64,000 bases of DNA from Somniosus microcephalus (taxonomy: Eukaryota): the NCBI GenBank assembly GCA_052327205.1, contig CM126227.1, positions 16,368,001 through 16,432,000 of the forward strand, given 5' to 3'. The first letter of the stretch is position 1; each line of letters begins with the position of its first letter. Under the pieces are notes generated by a model. That model saw only the letters and a list, made by a program, of their open reading frames with translations, was not told where the DNA came from and searched no databases. Both the position numbers and the translations under genes were made by a program. Shown here in pieces: positions 63,265 to 64,000 of the stretch.

Positions 63265-63673
63265 AAGAAAGAAAGACTTGCATTTCTATAGCACCTTTCA
63301 TGACCACCGGATGTCCCAAAGCGCTTTACAGCCAATTAAGTACTTTTTGAAGTGTAGTCACTGTTGTAATGTAGGAAACGCGCGGCCAATTTGCACACAG
63401 CAAGCTCCCACAAACAGCAACGTGATAATGACCAGATAATCTGTTTTATTGATGTTGATTGAGGGATAAATATTGGCCAGGACACTGGGGATAACTCCCC
63501 TGCTCTTCTTCCAAATAGTGCCATGGGAACTTTTACGTCCACCTGAGAGAGCAGACGGGGCCTTGGTTTAACGTCTCATCCGAAAGACGGCACCTCCGAC
63601 AGTGCAGCACTCCCTCAGTACTGCACTGGAGTGTCAGCCTAGATTTTTGTGCTCGAGTCCCTGGAGTGGGACT
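63265..63673 (-). mobile_element. SacSINE1-type SINE, reverse orientation
   Basis: Reverse complement of the family from tail (aaagaaagacttgcatttctatagc) to ctggagtgggactt. Confidence 0.88.
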
Positions 63674-64000
63674 TAGAACATAGAAATAGGAGCAGGAGTC
63701 GGTCATTTGGCCCTTCGAGCCTGCTCTGCCATTCAATAAGATCATGGCTGATCTTCTACCTCATCTCCACTTTTCTGCATGATCCCCATATCCCTTGATT
63801 CCCTTAATATCCCAAAATCTATCGATCTCTGTCTTGAATATACAACGACTGAGTCTCCACAGCCCTCTGGGGTAGAGAATTCCAAAGATTCACCACCCTC
63901 TGAGTGAAGAAATGTCTCCTCATCTCAGTCCTAAATGGCTGACCCCTTATTTTGAGACTGTGATCCCTGGTTCTGGACTCCCCAGCCAGGGGAAACATCC
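63674..64000 (-). mobile_element. CR1 LINE 3' part, runs off window edge
   Basis: agaacatagaaataggagcaggagt...caccaccctctgagtgaagaaatgtctcctcatctcagtcc. Confidence 0.88.

Noticed and set aside
49618-64000. Upstream CADM1 exon (Ig2 C-half)
   Set aside because: No matching minus-strand frame found; probably beyond the window.
1-64000. Prokaryotic-type systems (CRISPR arrays, operons, defence islands)
   Set aside because: Vertebrate intron/exon DNA; no regularly spaced repeat-spacer arrays or gene-dense regions.

Overview
Eukaryotic (vertebrate) DNA, very probably a shark, judged from HE1-type and SacSINE1/Deu-type SINEs and abundant CR1, L2 and Penelope-like repeats. The window lies inside a minus-strand CADM1 (SynCAM1/Necl-2/TSLC1) gene. 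Five exons are recoverable with GT-AG boundaries and consistent phases: two Ig3-domain exons (49521-49617, 46588-46757), the Thr-rich stalk exon (37971-38042), a 33-nt stalk microexon (24726-24758) and the transmembrane exon (2496-2624). I did not find the upstream exons or the last coding exon, which are presumably outside the window. The rest is intron with CR1/L2/RTE fragments, SINEs, Tc1/mariner-, hAT- and Harbinger-type MITEs, two solo LTRs and Penelope-derived hairpins carrying minimal hammerhead motifs. Most ORFs in the track are spurious or TE-derived. Best leads: candidate extra stalk exons; three related MITEs whose orientations bracket the alternative-exon cassette; two local templated duplications at retroelement junctions; TSD-flanked hammerhead hairpin elements; and a 5S-derived/Rex1-tailed chimeric retroposon. 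Family names come from recalled consensus sequences, not database searches. Repeat boundaries are approximate unless a TSD is given.
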